A stretch of 64,000 bases of DNA from Candidatus Saccharimonadia bacterium (GCA_038245115.1 JBBRSS010000004.1:1804-65803), one strand, 5' to 3'. Shown: positions 8,666 to 18,180, numbered from the stretch's first letter. Notes: generated from the letters alone by a model not told the origin. Numbers and translations are program-made.

Positions 8666-8841
8666 AATTCCGTACTCCTTATACCCAAAATTCTAAGCCT
8701 CCTCCAAGGCGCTAGACATTGGAAGATCATCCATGAATTCTGCACATCCGAAGCATTATTTTCGACAATACTAGGCTCCCGGTGGGCATTACCGGGTGCG
8801 ACCGTTTTCGTCCAGTTAGGCCTGCTAACATATATTCGCCC

Positions 8842-10884
8842 TTAGGCAGCGGCGGTCAGCGCAGGCGCCGCAAACTGGCTATTGTATAGCGAAGCGTAGA
8901 AACCGTCCCGGTATATAAGCTCCTCGTGAGTGCCCTGCTCCACAATATTGCCATCCTGCATTACCAGTATTAAGTCGGCGTTTCGGATCGTCGACAGCCG
9001 GTGCGCAATCACAAAGCTAGTCCGGCCCTTCATGAGCCGCTCCATGGCAGCCTGAATCATTATCTCCGTACGAGTGTCAACCGAGCTTGTCGCCTCGTCG
9101 AGGATCAACATGGGGGTGTCGGCTAACATGGCACGCGCAATCGTAATCAACTGCTTCTCGCCCTGAGAGATATTGTCTGCTTCCTCGTTGAGCATCATCT
9201 TATATCCGCCGGGCAGAGCGCGAATGAAGTGGTCGGCATGCGCCGCTTCTGCTGCCTCAACCACTTCCTGGTGAGTAGCCTTGGATTTACCGTAAGCAAT
9301 ATTGTCCTCGATTGTGCCATTAAATAACCAAGTGTCTTGCAGAACCATGCCAAATAGGCGTCGCACATCCGAGCGCTTCATCTCGCGGATATCAACACCA
9401 TCCATCCTGATACTGCCTTCGCTAACATCGTAAAATCGCATGAGCAGGTTTACGATTGTCGTCTTGCCGGCTCCCGTCGGGCCAACGATCGCCACCCGCT
9501 GACCCGGTCGAATAGCCGCATTCAAGCCCTTGATGACGGTTTTATCTGGGGTATAGCCAAAGACCACATTATCAAACTCAACGGCGCCCCTGACCTTGTC
9601 GATCGCGACGGGACTAGCTGCCTCCGCGACCTCTTCGTCCTCATCCAAGAATTCAAATACTCGCTCGGCCGCCGCTGCCGTAGACTGCAATACGTTAGCA
9701 ATGTTGGCAGTCTGGGCAATTGGCTGGGTGAACTGGTTCATATATTGAATAAATGCCTGAATATCACCGATGTTGACCTTGCCGTTAATTGCCAGCCATC
9801 CGCCTAACACCGCCACCGCAACATATCCTAAATTGCCCACGAATTGCATTATCGGCATCATTAACCCGGAGAGAAATTGTGACCGCCAAGCACTTCCGTA
9901 CAGCTCGGTATTAATCGAGCGAAATTTCCCAACTGAGCGCTTTTCACCGTTAAATGCCTTCATGACGGTATGGCCCGATAGCATCTCTTCCACGTGGCCG
10001 TTTATCTTGCCGAGAGACACCTGTTGGGCAACAAAATAGCCCTGTGACTTTCCGACGATCAGCTTTATTAGCACCATGCTAACCGGTAGCACCAACAGCG
10101 CGACCACCGTCATTTGCCAGCTAATCGTCAGCATAATAATCAGGATGCCGATTATGGTTGTCACCGAGGTTACGATCTGGCTCAGACTTTGGTTCAGGGT
10201 TTGGCTGACGGTATCGACATCGTTGGTCACCCGGCTCAGGACTTCGCCGTGCGTACGGTTATCAAAATATCGCAGCGGCAAGCGGCTGATTTTCTCGGAA
10301 ATATCGCGGCGTAAGTTAAAAGTTACCTTTTGTGATACGCCGGACATTATCCAGCCTTGAATGTAGCTAAAGAGGGCGCTAATGACGTAGAGTCCCACCA
10401 GCAACTCCACTAGCTTGGCGATGCCGCCAAAATCGATCGTTGGCCGTTTGGACAGGTTTAGGGTGGCAATTTTATTGAGCTCTTTGGCGGGAATTCGCTT
10501 GATATCACTTGCCGGCATCAGTTTAATCAACTGGGCCCCGGTCATACCCGGCGGAATATGCATGCCGGCAGGTAGTTTTCGCATCACTTGGTCGTAAACC
10601 ATCCCGTCTATATAACCGGTAGCAACTTTATTGGTGACGTTGCCCAATATTTTTGGACTGACTACCGCAAAAATTGTACTGGCAATCGCAAATATTAGCA
10701 CCGCCACAATCGATAATCTAAATGGCCGCAGGTATTTCAGCAGGGTTCGCATTGTTCCCTTGAAATTCTTTGGTTTCTCGGCCGGCCCGCCCATCATTGG
10801 ACCTCGTCCCATCCCCATTCCTAATGTTGCGGGAGGAGGGCTTTTGGGAGTTCGCGGTGCCGAGTTGGAGTGATTATTGCTCAT
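8842..10884 (-). CDS. ABC exporter, fused permease/ATPase (type I, MsbA-like), heterodimer partner 2
   Basis: 6-TM domain plus NBD with Walker A GPTGAGKT, signature ISQGEKQ and Walker B ILDEATS. 4-nt overlap with the upstream ABC gene. Confidence 0.85.
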   Translation of the reverse strand: MSNNHSNSAPRTPKSPPPATLGMGMGRGPMMGGPAEKPKNFKGTMRTLLKYLRPFRLSIVAVLIFAIASTIFAVVSPKILGNVTNKVATGYIDGMVYDQVMRKLPAGMHIPPGMTGAQLIKLMPASDIKRIPAKELNKIATLNLSKRPTIDFGGIAKLVELLVGLYVISALFSYIQGWIMSGVSQKVTFNLRRDISEKISRLPLRYFDNRTHGEVLSRVTNDVDTVSQTLNQSLSQIVTSVTTIIGILIIMLTISWQMTVVALLVLPVSMVLIKLIVGKSQGYFVAQQVSLGKINGHVEEMLSGHTVMKAFNGEKRSVGKFRSINTELYGSAWRSQFLSGLMMPIMQFVGNLGYVAVAVLGGWLAINGKVNIGDIQAFIQYMNQFTQPIAQTANIANVLQSTAAAAERVFEFLDEDEEVAEAASPVAIDKVRGAVEFDNVVFGYTPDKTVIKGLNAAIRPGQRVAIVGPTGAGKTTIVNLLMRFYDVSEGSIRMDGVDIREMKRSDVRRLFGMVLQDTWLFNGTIEDNIAYGKSKATHQEVVEAAEAAHADHFIRALPGGYKMMLNEEADNISQGEKQLITIARAMLADTPMLILDEATSSVDTRTEIMIQAAMERLMKGRTSFVIAHRLSTIRNADLILVMQDGNIVEQGTHEELIYRDGFYASLYNSQFAAPALTAAA

Positions 10885-12680
10885 ACGACCCCTCCGCCCG
10901 CCAGTGCGCCGCCAATATTGTCATCGTAAGACACGTCCCCCAGGGCCTTGGCTAGCTCGCCTTCAGATAATTGGGACGAGGCTATTTCGCGGTAAACCGC
11001 ACAGGTCTTAAGCAACTGGGTATGCGTTCCTTGGCCGACAATGTTACCACCATCAAGCACAATAATCTTCTCGGCCTGAATGATTGTGCTAATTCGTTGC
11101 GCCACAATTATCACGGTTTTGCCGGCCGTTTCATGCCCGAGGGCCTGCCGCAAGTTGGCATCCGTTTTAAAGTCCAACGACGAGAAGCTGTCGTCGAAGA
11201 TATATATCTCGGGCTTCTTGGCTAGTGCTCGGGCGATAGCCAATCGCTGTTTTTGACCACCCGAAACATTAGCGCCCCCCTGGGAAATCGGGCTCTGGAA
11301 CCCTTGCTCCAACTCACCAATAAATTCTGACGCTTGCGCAGTCCGAGCGGCATGCTCGACCTCAGCTTGGGTTGCCTTAGGATCGCCGTACCTAATGTTG
11401 TCCTCCACTTTACCCGAAAACAGCACGGCTTTTTGCGAAACATAGCCAATTCTGGCGCGCAGGTCCTCTTGCAGCATGTCCCGAATATTAACCTTGTCGA
11501 CCAGAATGGACCCCCCAGTAGCATCATAAAAGCGGGGGATTAGATTGATGAGGGTGGATTTGCCACTGCCGGTGCTCCCAACTAAGGCTGTTGTCTGTCC
11601 TGGTATGGCAGTAAAACTAATATGATGAAGCACAGGCTCTTCTGCCCCCGCATAACCAAAACTTACGTCCCGAAACTCGACCAGACCCTTGCCGATAGGC
11701 GTTCGTACCGGACGCTTTGGATCTTTGATGGTCGCTTCGGTATCTAGCACCTCGGCGACTCGATGGGCCGAAACCGATGCCCGCGGCACCATAATGAAGA
11801 TAATCGAAATCATCAGGAAAGCAAAAATAGCCTGCATGGCGTACTGCATAAATGCCAGCATGTCGCCGATCTGCAGGCTGCCCGTGTCTATCTGCCGCGC
11901 CCCCACCCATACAACTGCCACCGATGTTAGGTTCAAGATAAGCATCATGGCGGGCTGCATTATTACCATTAGCCGGTTCACAAAGAGGTTAACGTCGGTG
12001 AGTTCTTGGTTGGTTTTTTTAAATTTATGTTCCTCATAAGCTTCTTTGTCGAACGCCCGTACTACCCGAAGCCCAGTCAGAATCTCGCGTGTTACCAGGT
12101 TGAGCCGGTCGACCAGCTGCTGTAGCTGAGTAAATTTTGGAATTGCCGTGATAAACAATACTGTGATGATACTTATGAGGGTGAGAATCGCGATTGCCAT
12201 AATCCAGGCCATCGAAGGTGCCAGCTGGTAGGCCTTAATTATCGCGCCGATGCCCATGAACGGCGCCATCAATGCCAACCTCAACAGCATACCTAGCACC
12301 GTCTGGATCTGTTGAATATCGTTGGTGCAGCGGGTAATTAGTGAGGCGGTCGAAAAGGTGTTGAACTCGATTAGCGAAAAGCTCTCAACCTTCGTAAACA
12401 CTCTATCGCGTAGCTGCATGGCGAAGCCGGTCGCCACGCGTGAGGCCAAATACCCGACGCCAACCATACAGGCACCACCGAACAGGGCAATCAGCAGCAT
12501 TAGTAGGCCATTGCGTAAAATTAGGCTGCCGTCTTGGCCGACTATTCCCTGATTAACAATCTTGGCCATGTAGTCGGGCAGCGCCAATGTCGCGGTCGTT
12601 TGCCCATACGTTAAGATCAACATTAGGATCAGCAGCCATTTATACGGAGCGAAGTATTTGAGTAGTTTCAGGGTCTGCAT
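10881..12680 (-). CDS. ABC exporter, fused permease/ATPase, heterodimer partner 1
   Basis: Walker A GSTGSGKST, signature VSGGQKQRLAIARAL and Walker B IYIFDDSFS. Confidence 0.85.
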   Translation of the reverse strand: MQTLKLLKYFAPYKWLLILMLILTYGQTTATLALPDYMAKIVNQGIVGQDGSLILRNGLLMLLIALFGGACMVGVGYLASRVATGFAMQLRDRVFTKVESFSLIEFNTFSTASLITRCTNDIQQIQTVLGMLLRLALMAPFMGIGAIIKAYQLAPSMAWIMAIAILTLISIITVLFITAIPKFTQLQQLVDRLNLVTREILTGLRVVRAFDKEAYEEHKFKKTNQELTDVNLFVNRLMVIMQPAMMLILNLTSVAVVWVGARQIDTGSLQIGDMLAFMQYAMQAIFAFLMISIIFIMVPRASVSAHRVAEVLDTEATIKDPKRPVRTPIGKGLVEFRDVSFGYAGAEEPVLHHISFTAIPGQTTALVGSTGSGKSTLINLIPRFYDATGGSILVDKVNIRDMLQEDLRARIGYVSQKAVLFSGKVEDNIRYGDPKATQAEVEHAARTAQASEFIGELEQGFQSPISQGGANVSGGQKQRLAIARALAKKPEIYIFDDSFSSLDFKTDANLRQALGHETAGKTVIIVAQRISTIIQAEKIIVLDGGNIVGQGTHTQLLKTCAVYREIASSQLSEGELAKALGDVSYDDNIGGALAGGGVV

Positions 12681-12683
12681 ATA

Positions 12684-13106
12684 TTACTTAGAATCCTGCA
12701 GTAGTCCTAGGATACGGTCAAGTTCCTGCATATCGCTACGGTTTAATTTATCCAACATTCCCCCGGCGTGCCTCATTTTTTCCTTGAGTAACTGCACTAG
12801 CTTCTTCCCGGCTTCGGCCGACAATGCCAGGTAAATACTGCGACGGTCGTTCTCGTCCGGCGTTCGTATGAGCCAGCCGGATTCAACCAACCGATCGGCC
12901 AGCAGGGTAGCCGAGCCGGGAGAAATGAGCAACTCATCCGCCAGCTCGCGCATCCGTATCGGCTGTTCGTTCTTGATGAAGAACAGTGCCTGCATTTGGT
13001 GCATGGTGAGGTTCTCCACGCCGGTGTCTCCGGCGCTTTGTTGTCTCATCCGGCGGTTGATCTGGTACCAGTGGGTCAATATTGAACGCTTGAGATCTTC
13101 TTGCAT
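12684..13106 (-). CDS. MarR-family transcriptional regulator, first gene of the marR-abc-abc operon
   Basis: wHTH block LTMHQMQALFFIKNEQPIRMRELADELLISPGSATLLADRLVESGWLIRTPDENDRRS. Start taken at the internal Met (MQEDLK...), giving 140 aa. Confidence 0.75.
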   Translation of the reverse strand: MQEDLKRSILTHWYQINRRMRQQSAGDTGVENLTMHQMQALFFIKNEQPIRMRELADELLISPGSATLLADRLVESGWLIRTPDENDRRSIYLALSAEAGKKLVQLLKEKMRHAGGMLDKLNRSDMQELDRILGLLQDSK

Positions 13107-13109
13107 TTG

Positions 13110-13248
13110 AAACCAATATATTACGTTAGCGATACTAATAGTTCGTATATAAAAGTAATATACGCAACTAACCCTCGAATCGTCAATCAATCATTCTTAA
13201 GCCAAACTTTATTCGGTTGACTACTTCAAAATGGGACTATAATGATAA
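13110..13248. promoter_or_regulatory. AT-rich divergent promoter region with dyad repeats (CGTATATAAAAGTAATATACG; TTAGCGATACTAA), candidate MarR operators
   Basis: Inverted repeats read directly from the sequence between the divergent marR and dsbB-like starts. Confidence 0.3.
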
Positions 13249-13707
13249 ATGGTTATGAATAAACTCAACCCCAAGTCAGATAAGCCTCATCTGCCCGTCG
13301 CCGCTATAGTCGCCTGGGTTACCGCCCTGCTCGCCTCGGCCGCCAGCGTTTACTTTATCGAAATCTTGCACAACCCAGTTGCTACATTGTGTTGGGTTGA
13401 CCGAATGTTGGTCTTTTCGCTCCTGCTCGTGCTCACCGTTGGCATTATCGACCGAGACCGGCGCGTCGTGCGTTTTTGTTTCCCGTTTTTGGCCCTGGGT
13501 CTACCGCTGTCTTTCTATCAGCAGCTCGTGCATTGGGACCTCATCCACATCAATCCTCAGGTTTGCAGCATCAGCTATGTTTGTACAACCAAATATTTCA
13601 ATCTCTTCGGCATTATTACTCAAGCCACCCTCTGTTTTGCCGCTTTCGTCATTATTGCCGTGTCGATGTATATGCTGCGGGATCGTCACTTGCCAGCCAA
13701 GCCCTAG
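13249..13707 (+). CDS. DsbB/BdbC-family disulfide-oxidoreductase-like membrane protein with loop-1 CxxC replaced by TxxC
   Basis: Four TM. SVYFIEILHNPVATLCWVDRM aligns to the BdbC PCxLCWYQR block but keeps only one Cys. The second periplasmic loop keeps C-x5-C (CSISYVC) and the YFNLFG block. Confidence 0.5.
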   Translation: MVMNKLNPKSDKPHLPVAAIVAWVTALLASAASVYFIEILHNPVATLCWVDRMLVFSLLLVLTVGIIDRDRRVVRFCFPFLALGLPLSFYQQLVHWDLIHINPQVCSISYVCTTKYFNLFGIITQATLCFAAFVIIAVSMYMLRDRHLPAKP

Positions 13708-13711
13708 CTGG

Positions 13712-14449
13712 TTACGGCCGCTCAAACCTGCGAAAACCTTCGGTTAATACTACTCGGCCCTGCTTGTCGATCGACATTGCCTCGTAACCTTGTCTATGTA
13801 AAAACGGTAATGCTTGATCGCCCATGCAAAATGCCGCCGTCGCCAGAGCATCAACTTGGTCAATTGTTGGGCCGATTACGGTTAGACTCACCGGGTCCTC
13901 AACCATCTGCCCGGTTCGAGGATTGTATATATGGTTGCCGCGTTCGTAATTGCCCGAGGTAGCAACGGCCATATTTTTAAGGTAAAGCTTTTTTGCCAAC
14001 TTAGTGGGGTCAAAAGGATGGGCGATCCCGATAACCCATGGGCCTCCGGATGGTCCGTCGCCGCTAATCTGCATATCGCCCCCGGCATTAATGCAGTACC
14101 GGGTGATGTCGCGGCTGTTGAGGAGTCGTGCTGCGCGGTAAATAGCCCACCCCTTAACGTATCCGGACGGGTCGATATGCCCATCTCGTGCCACGTCAAA
14201 GTACCCTTCGGTCAATTTTTTCAAACGGGCGCATTCCTCCAGCACCGCCCGCAAATCATCACTCGATTTCGGCAACTCTAATTCGCCGCGGTTAAGCCGA
14301 CTAACCTCGCTTGTGGGCTTATAGGTACTAAACGCCTCGTCAACCTCGTGGAAATATTCAAATACATCGTCGATGGCGGCGTCCGCCGCATTGCCGTCAA
14401 GCACCTCTAGGGTGATAGGCATACCCATTATATTTTGTGAAACTTTCAT
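13712..14449 (-). CDS. apbE: ApbE-family FAD:protein FMN transferase, second paralog (no signal peptide)
   Basis: MGMPITLEV, HIDPSGYVKGWA, AGGDMQ and NPRTG blocks. Collinear with the 5990..6733 protein at about 40-50% identity. Confidence 0.7.
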   Translation of the reverse strand: MKVSQNIMGMPITLEVLDGNAADAAIDDVFEYFHEVDEAFSTYKPTSEVSRLNRGELELPKSSDDLRAVLEECARLKKLTEGYFDVARDGHIDPSGYVKGWAIYRAARLLNSRDITRYCINAGGDMQISGDGPSGGPWVIGIAHPFDPTKLAKKLYLKNMAVATSGNYERGNHIYNPRTGQMVEDPVSLTVIGPTIDQVDALATAAFCMGDQALPFLHRQGYEAMSIDKQGRVVLTEGFRRFERP

Positions 14450-14458
14450 GACTTTCTA

Positions 14459-16060
14459 TTGTACAATAACCATATGCACGATACGCCGCTAGAGAACGCG
14501 CAAAAGCTCATTTCGGAAGGAAAATCGACGGCCGAAATAAGGGCTGCTCTCAATGGCGAAAGCTTTGTGCCTTCGCCAGCTGTTGCGCCGCAGGCAAGCC
14601 TCACCCCCGCCGCCTCGAATGCAGCCTCTTCGCCCAAACCCAACGCCTCGGCTTCGCCTCAGCCGCCCGCTTCGGCCCCTCCTGCTCCCGCACCGAAGCC
14701 GATGGTCTACCCGCCGCTGCTGGATACGCCGCTACGGACGGGCGTTCAGGCCCCCAAGCTAGGCTGGCCGCTGATAGTGCTGGCCTGTTTAATACCGGCG
14801 CTCGCAATATCAGTCGATACGCCCTTTGCTGAGCGATTTGGTAGTTTATCGAATGCCCTTATTGCTTTCGGCGACATTACAGGTGTCATTGGCCTGGCGG
14901 CGTACGTTCTCAATTTGGTGCTGGCAACCCGCTTTCATTGGCTGGAAGATTTGTTTGGCGGCCTCAACCGCGCCCTGATAGCCCATCAAGTTTTGGGCGG
15001 CATAGCACTTATTATGCTGCTATTTCACCCCATCCTCACGGCAGCCTCTTACTATTCCTACGGTGTCCAGGCAGTTGCCCATTTTTTTGTGCCTTCGGTC
15101 GCCTATATTGGCACGGCTTTCGGTATTGTTGCTCTCGCGATGATCATCATCTTGTTGGTCCTGAGTTTCTATATCAAAATTGGCTACCGACTATGGCTGC
15201 AAACCCATAAATACCTTGGTCTGGCCTATCTCCTCATAATGCTGCATGTCCTATTGACGCCGAATCGCATCACGGCTGACCCGTTTGTTAAATGGTACCT
15301 GTACCTTCTTCTGGTTGTGGGGGCATTTGCCTTTATTTATCGCACGTTACTGCCAAATATATTCGTCCGCCGGTATCTGTATACCATTGCCGCTGCGCAG
15401 CCCAAAGGCATCGGCGTAGTCGAGGTTACGTTGGCGCCAGTGAACAAATCCGTCCACGTTCGAGCTGGGCAATTTATTTTTGTGACATTCAGTAGCGATG
15501 GGCTATCGTCCGAATCGCACCCTTTTAGCATCTCATCGGGCGAGAACTCCAACCAGCTGATGATCGACGTCAAGTCGCTCGGGTCGTATACGGAAACTCT
15601 CACCCGGCTTCTACCGCATATGGTTGGCATGACGGCTCAGGTTGAGGGAGCATATGGCCGATTTTCGTACCGCAACATTGGGAATTTAAACCAAGTTTGG
15701 ATTGGCGGGGGAATAGGTATAACGCCGTTTCTGAGTATGGCGCAAACTCTCGGATCCGGGCCGTATAATATCGACCTGTATTACTCGGTAAAGACGGCAA
15801 GTGAGCTAATTGACCTCGACACCCTGGCGATCCATCAATCCAACCTACCGGGCCAGGTGTTTCGGACTTTTCCGTTTATCACTGAAACTTACAAGTCGTA
15901 CTTGAGTGCCGGCATCATCAAGAAGAATAGCGGCAATCTCGATAAACGGGACTTCCTCTTGTGCGGCCCGCCCGGCATGATGCAGGAAATCAAGAAGCAG
16001 CTCATAAAGCTTGGGGTCAAAGAAACTCGGATTCACAGCGAAGAATTCTCGCTCGAATAA
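14459..16060 (+). CDS. NOX/ferric-reductase-family flavocytochrome: a 6-TM bis-heme domain plus FAD and NAD(P)H domains, with a Pro/Ala/Ser-rich N-terminal extension
   Basis: TM3 has H-x13-H (IAHQVLGGIALIMLLFH) and TM5 has H-x12-H (THKYLGLAYLLIMLH), the NOX spacing. HPFSISS is the FAD motif and GGGIGITPF the NAD motif. The first ~95 aa are low-complexity. Confidence 0.7.
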   Translation: MYNNHMHDTPLENAQKLISEGKSTAEIRAALNGESFVPSPAVAPQASLTPAASNAASSPKPNASASPQPPASAPPAPAPKPMVYPPLLDTPLRTGVQAPKLGWPLIVLACLIPALAISVDTPFAERFGSLSNALIAFGDITGVIGLAAYVLNLVLATRFHWLEDLFGGLNRALIAHQVLGGIALIMLLFHPILTAASYYSYGVQAVAHFFVPSVAYIGTAFGIVALAMIIILLVLSFYIKIGYRLWLQTHKYLGLAYLLIMLHVLLTPNRITADPFVKWYLYLLLVVGAFAFIYRTLLPNIFVRRYLYTIAAAQPKGIGVVEVTLAPVNKSVHVRAGQFIFVTFSSDGLSSESHPFSISSGENSNQLMIDVKSLGSYTETLTRLLPHMVGMTAQVEGAYGRFSYRNIGNLNQVWIGGGIGITPFLSMAQTLGSGPYNIDLYYSVKTASELIDLDTLAIHQSNLPGQVFRTFPFITETYKSYLSAGIIKKNSGNLDKRDFLLCGPPGMMQEIKKQLIKLGVKETRIHSEEFSLE

Positions 16061-16078
16061 GCAACCCGGTTTGGATTT

Positions 16079-17155
16079 CTAGCTTAGTAGATCGGCAACA
16101 AAAATTCCGATGAGGCTGACAAAGAACAGTATCAGTGAGACTCCCACCAGGGCTTTGATCGGCCTCGCGTGCCCGGAGCCAACCAACTTCAGCAGCCTTC
16201 GTCGCAAGACGTATACGGCTGCGGCGAACAGGGCGAAAACACTGCCGAATCCGATTAATATTCCCATTGGCAGAGGTTGTTTTGATGCCGCCGCCGTAAG
16301 CGAAAACTTTTCGCCCCCGGCCGTTCCTTGGACCGTCAGCTGAAACTGGCTCTTGTCGCCTTTGTATGTCACCTGCGCCAACTCTTGGCCCGCCGCAATA
16401 CCGCTAAAGAGCGCATCCCCCTTATCGTCTGTCGGCATAGTTTGGCCGCCCAGAGTCACCGTCGCGGCTACCGCTGGGCTGCCGTTTTTATCTGTGACAT
16501 GAATTAAGACCGTTCCAGGCAAAACCTCGGCCGCGGGCTGAGTCGGGTCGGTTGTTATAGGTTCGCTACTCACTACGGCTGGTGAGGGATTTGCATCTGG
16601 GGTTGCGCCGGGCGATGAGCCGGGTGATGCGTTTGTCGCCGGTGCCGGGGTGGTCGAGGGTGAGCCTGGCTTGGGAGTTGGCACGGGTGTGTGACCTGGG
16701 GCCACCGTTGGTGTCGGCGTGTGGGTTGGTAGGGGAGTTGGAGTGGGTGTGTGACCGGGGGCGGGAGTCGGCGCCGGCGTCGGTACAGGCGTCGGTTTGG
16801 GGGTCGGCACTGGCGTTGGTTTGGGCGTCGGCACCGGTGTTGGCACCGGCGTCGGTACTGGCGTCGGCTTTGGTGTCGGCACCGGCGTCGGCGTTGCGCA
16901 GGGCGTCGCGGTCGAACACGCATTAACACCAGTTGCCTTAAAGCCCCCGAGGACCTCATTTATTAATATTGTCACTCCCGACTTCGGGCCGTTCGATGCC
17001 ATACGGTCAGTATTGCCTGGTGTGCCGCTATATTTCTGAGCCGTCTGATTGATGTTGTATTGGCTTATCAATTCGTAGAGTATTGGCACAGCAAACACCC
17101 CCACCAAAATATAGGATCTGGTTAGGCGGCGCTTTAGGAGTTTTTGTCGCTTCAT
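16079..17155 (-). CDS. Cell-surface protein with a (PTPV/K)n proline-threonine repeat, an Ig-like/CarboxypepD_reg-like domain and a C-terminal LPMG-hydrophobic-RRR segment followed by another TM
   Basis: N-terminal signal anchor, roughly 100 aa of [12 protein letters not shown] repeats, then [28 protein letters not shown]. Start taken at the internal MKRQK. Confidence 0.5.
   Translation of the reverse strand: MKRQKLLKRRLTRSYILVGVFAVPILYELISQYNINQTAQKYSGTPGNTDRMASNGPKSGVTILINEVLGGFKATGVNACSTATPCATPTPVPTPKPTPVPTPVPTPVPTPKPTPVPTPKPTPVPTPAPTPAPGHTPTPTPLPTHTPTPTVAPGHTPVPTPKPGSPSTTPAPATNASPGSSPGATPDANPSPAVVSSEPITTDPTQPAAEVLPGTVLIHVTDKNGSPAVAATVTLGGQTMPTDDKGDALFSGIAAGQELAQVTYKGDKSQFQLTVQGTAGGEKFSLTAAASKQPLPMGILIGFGSVFALFAAAVYVLRRRLLKLVGSGHARPIKALVGVSLILFFVSLIGIFVADLLS
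16768..16905. repeat. Tandem 12-nt repeat (GGCGTCGGCACC and variants) encoding the Pro-Thr-Pro-Val/Lys linker
   Basis: Period-12 repetition visible directly. It generates spurious ORFs on both strands. Confidence 0.7.
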
Positions 17156-17313
17156 TATGATAATACTATCACGCCTATGCTTTCCTCGATATACGCGCTG
17201 ACAAGCAACAATGAGGCTCCCGCGCCGAATAACCAGCAACGGCAGTCGGCAACTGTTTCAGCAATGATTCCAGATACGCTATACTAGTCGCGTACTTCAT
17301 CTCGGAGGCGCCC

Positions 17314-18180
17314 GTGCCCAGCGTTGTTTTGCTCTACTACAAATATGTGAATCTTCCCGACCCCGAGGCCGAGATGTTGGCGCAACGCCAACTGTGCGAA
17401 CGTTTGGGGCTCAAGGGTCGGATATTGTTAGCCAAAGAGGGGATTAACGGCACCATTGCCGGTTCGGCCGAGGCCGCGGATGCCTACGTTGCTGCTATGA
17501 ATGATCATCTATATTTCAACGACATCAGCTACAAGCGCGCCGAAAGTGAGCACCTGCCATTTCCGCGCTTGCGCATCAAGGTTCGGCCCGAAATCGTCAC
17601 TTTGGGCGTCGACATTGATCCCCGCGGAACTGCCCCCAGACTCACTCCGACCGAGTTTCATGAACTAGTAAAGGACCCATCGGTGGTTCTCTTTGATGCT
17701 CGCAACAATTATGAATCGGCCATCGGCCGGTTCCGCGGCGCCATCACCCCGGACATCAAATTGTTCAAGGATCTTCCGGCCGCCCTCAACGATTATGCTG
17801 ATCTCAAAGATAAAACAGTCGTGACCTACTGTACGGGCGGCATCCGTTGCGAAAAAGCCTCGGCTCTCCTGCGCCAGCGCGGCTTCAAGAACGTTTATCA
17901 GCTCGAGGGTGGGATCATCAAGTATGCCCAGGCCTACCCGGACGGAGCCTTTGCGGGTGAATGCTTTGTGTTCGACGACCGCATGAGTATGGCTTTCACT
18001 GATCAGCCCGAGCTGCTCGGCGCCTGCCGGTTGTGTGACGCTCCCACCAACACTTATCGCAACTGCGCCAACCCCCAATGTAACGACCTTATTCTGGTGT
18101 GCGGAAACTGCGCCGAGTCATCTAAGACACTTTGCCCAGATTGCCGGCTCATTGAAAACCCACTATACTTAGTAAAGTAA
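17314..18180 (+). CDS. trhO: tRNA uridine(34) hydroxylase TrhO (rhodanese-domain, UPF0176/YceA)
   Basis: YYKY..EGINGT start, rhodanese CTGGIRCEKA, and a Cys-rich C-terminal tail (CRLC...CGNC...CPDC). Confidence 0.75.
   Translation: MPSVVLLYYKYVNLPDPEAEMLAQRQLCERLGLKGRILLAKEGINGTIAGSAEAADAYVAAMNDHLYFNDISYKRAESEHLPFPRLRIKVRPEIVTLGVDIDPRGTAPRLTPTEFHELVKDPSVVLFDARNNYESAIGRFRGAITPDIKLFKDLPAALNDYADLKDKTVVTYCTGGIRCEKASALLRQRGFKNVYQLEGGIIKYAQAYPDGAFAGECFVFDDRMSMAFTDQPELLGACRLCDAPTNTYRNCANPQCNDLILVCGNCAESSKTLCPDCRLIENPLYLVK

Noticed and set aside
8780-8830. Hairpin CCCGGT-gggcatt-ACCGGG downstream of the ABC operon
   Set aside because: No U-tract on the minus strand, where the operon ends; at most a weak or factor-dependent terminator. 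Not called as a feature.
16566-17039. Cluster of 70-130-aa ORFs on both strands (Arg-rich, Gly/Val-rich) in the 16.6-17.0 kb region
   Set aside because: Artefacts of the 12-nt tandem repeat encoding the PT-rich linker of the surface protein; any frame of a GC-rich repeat stays open.
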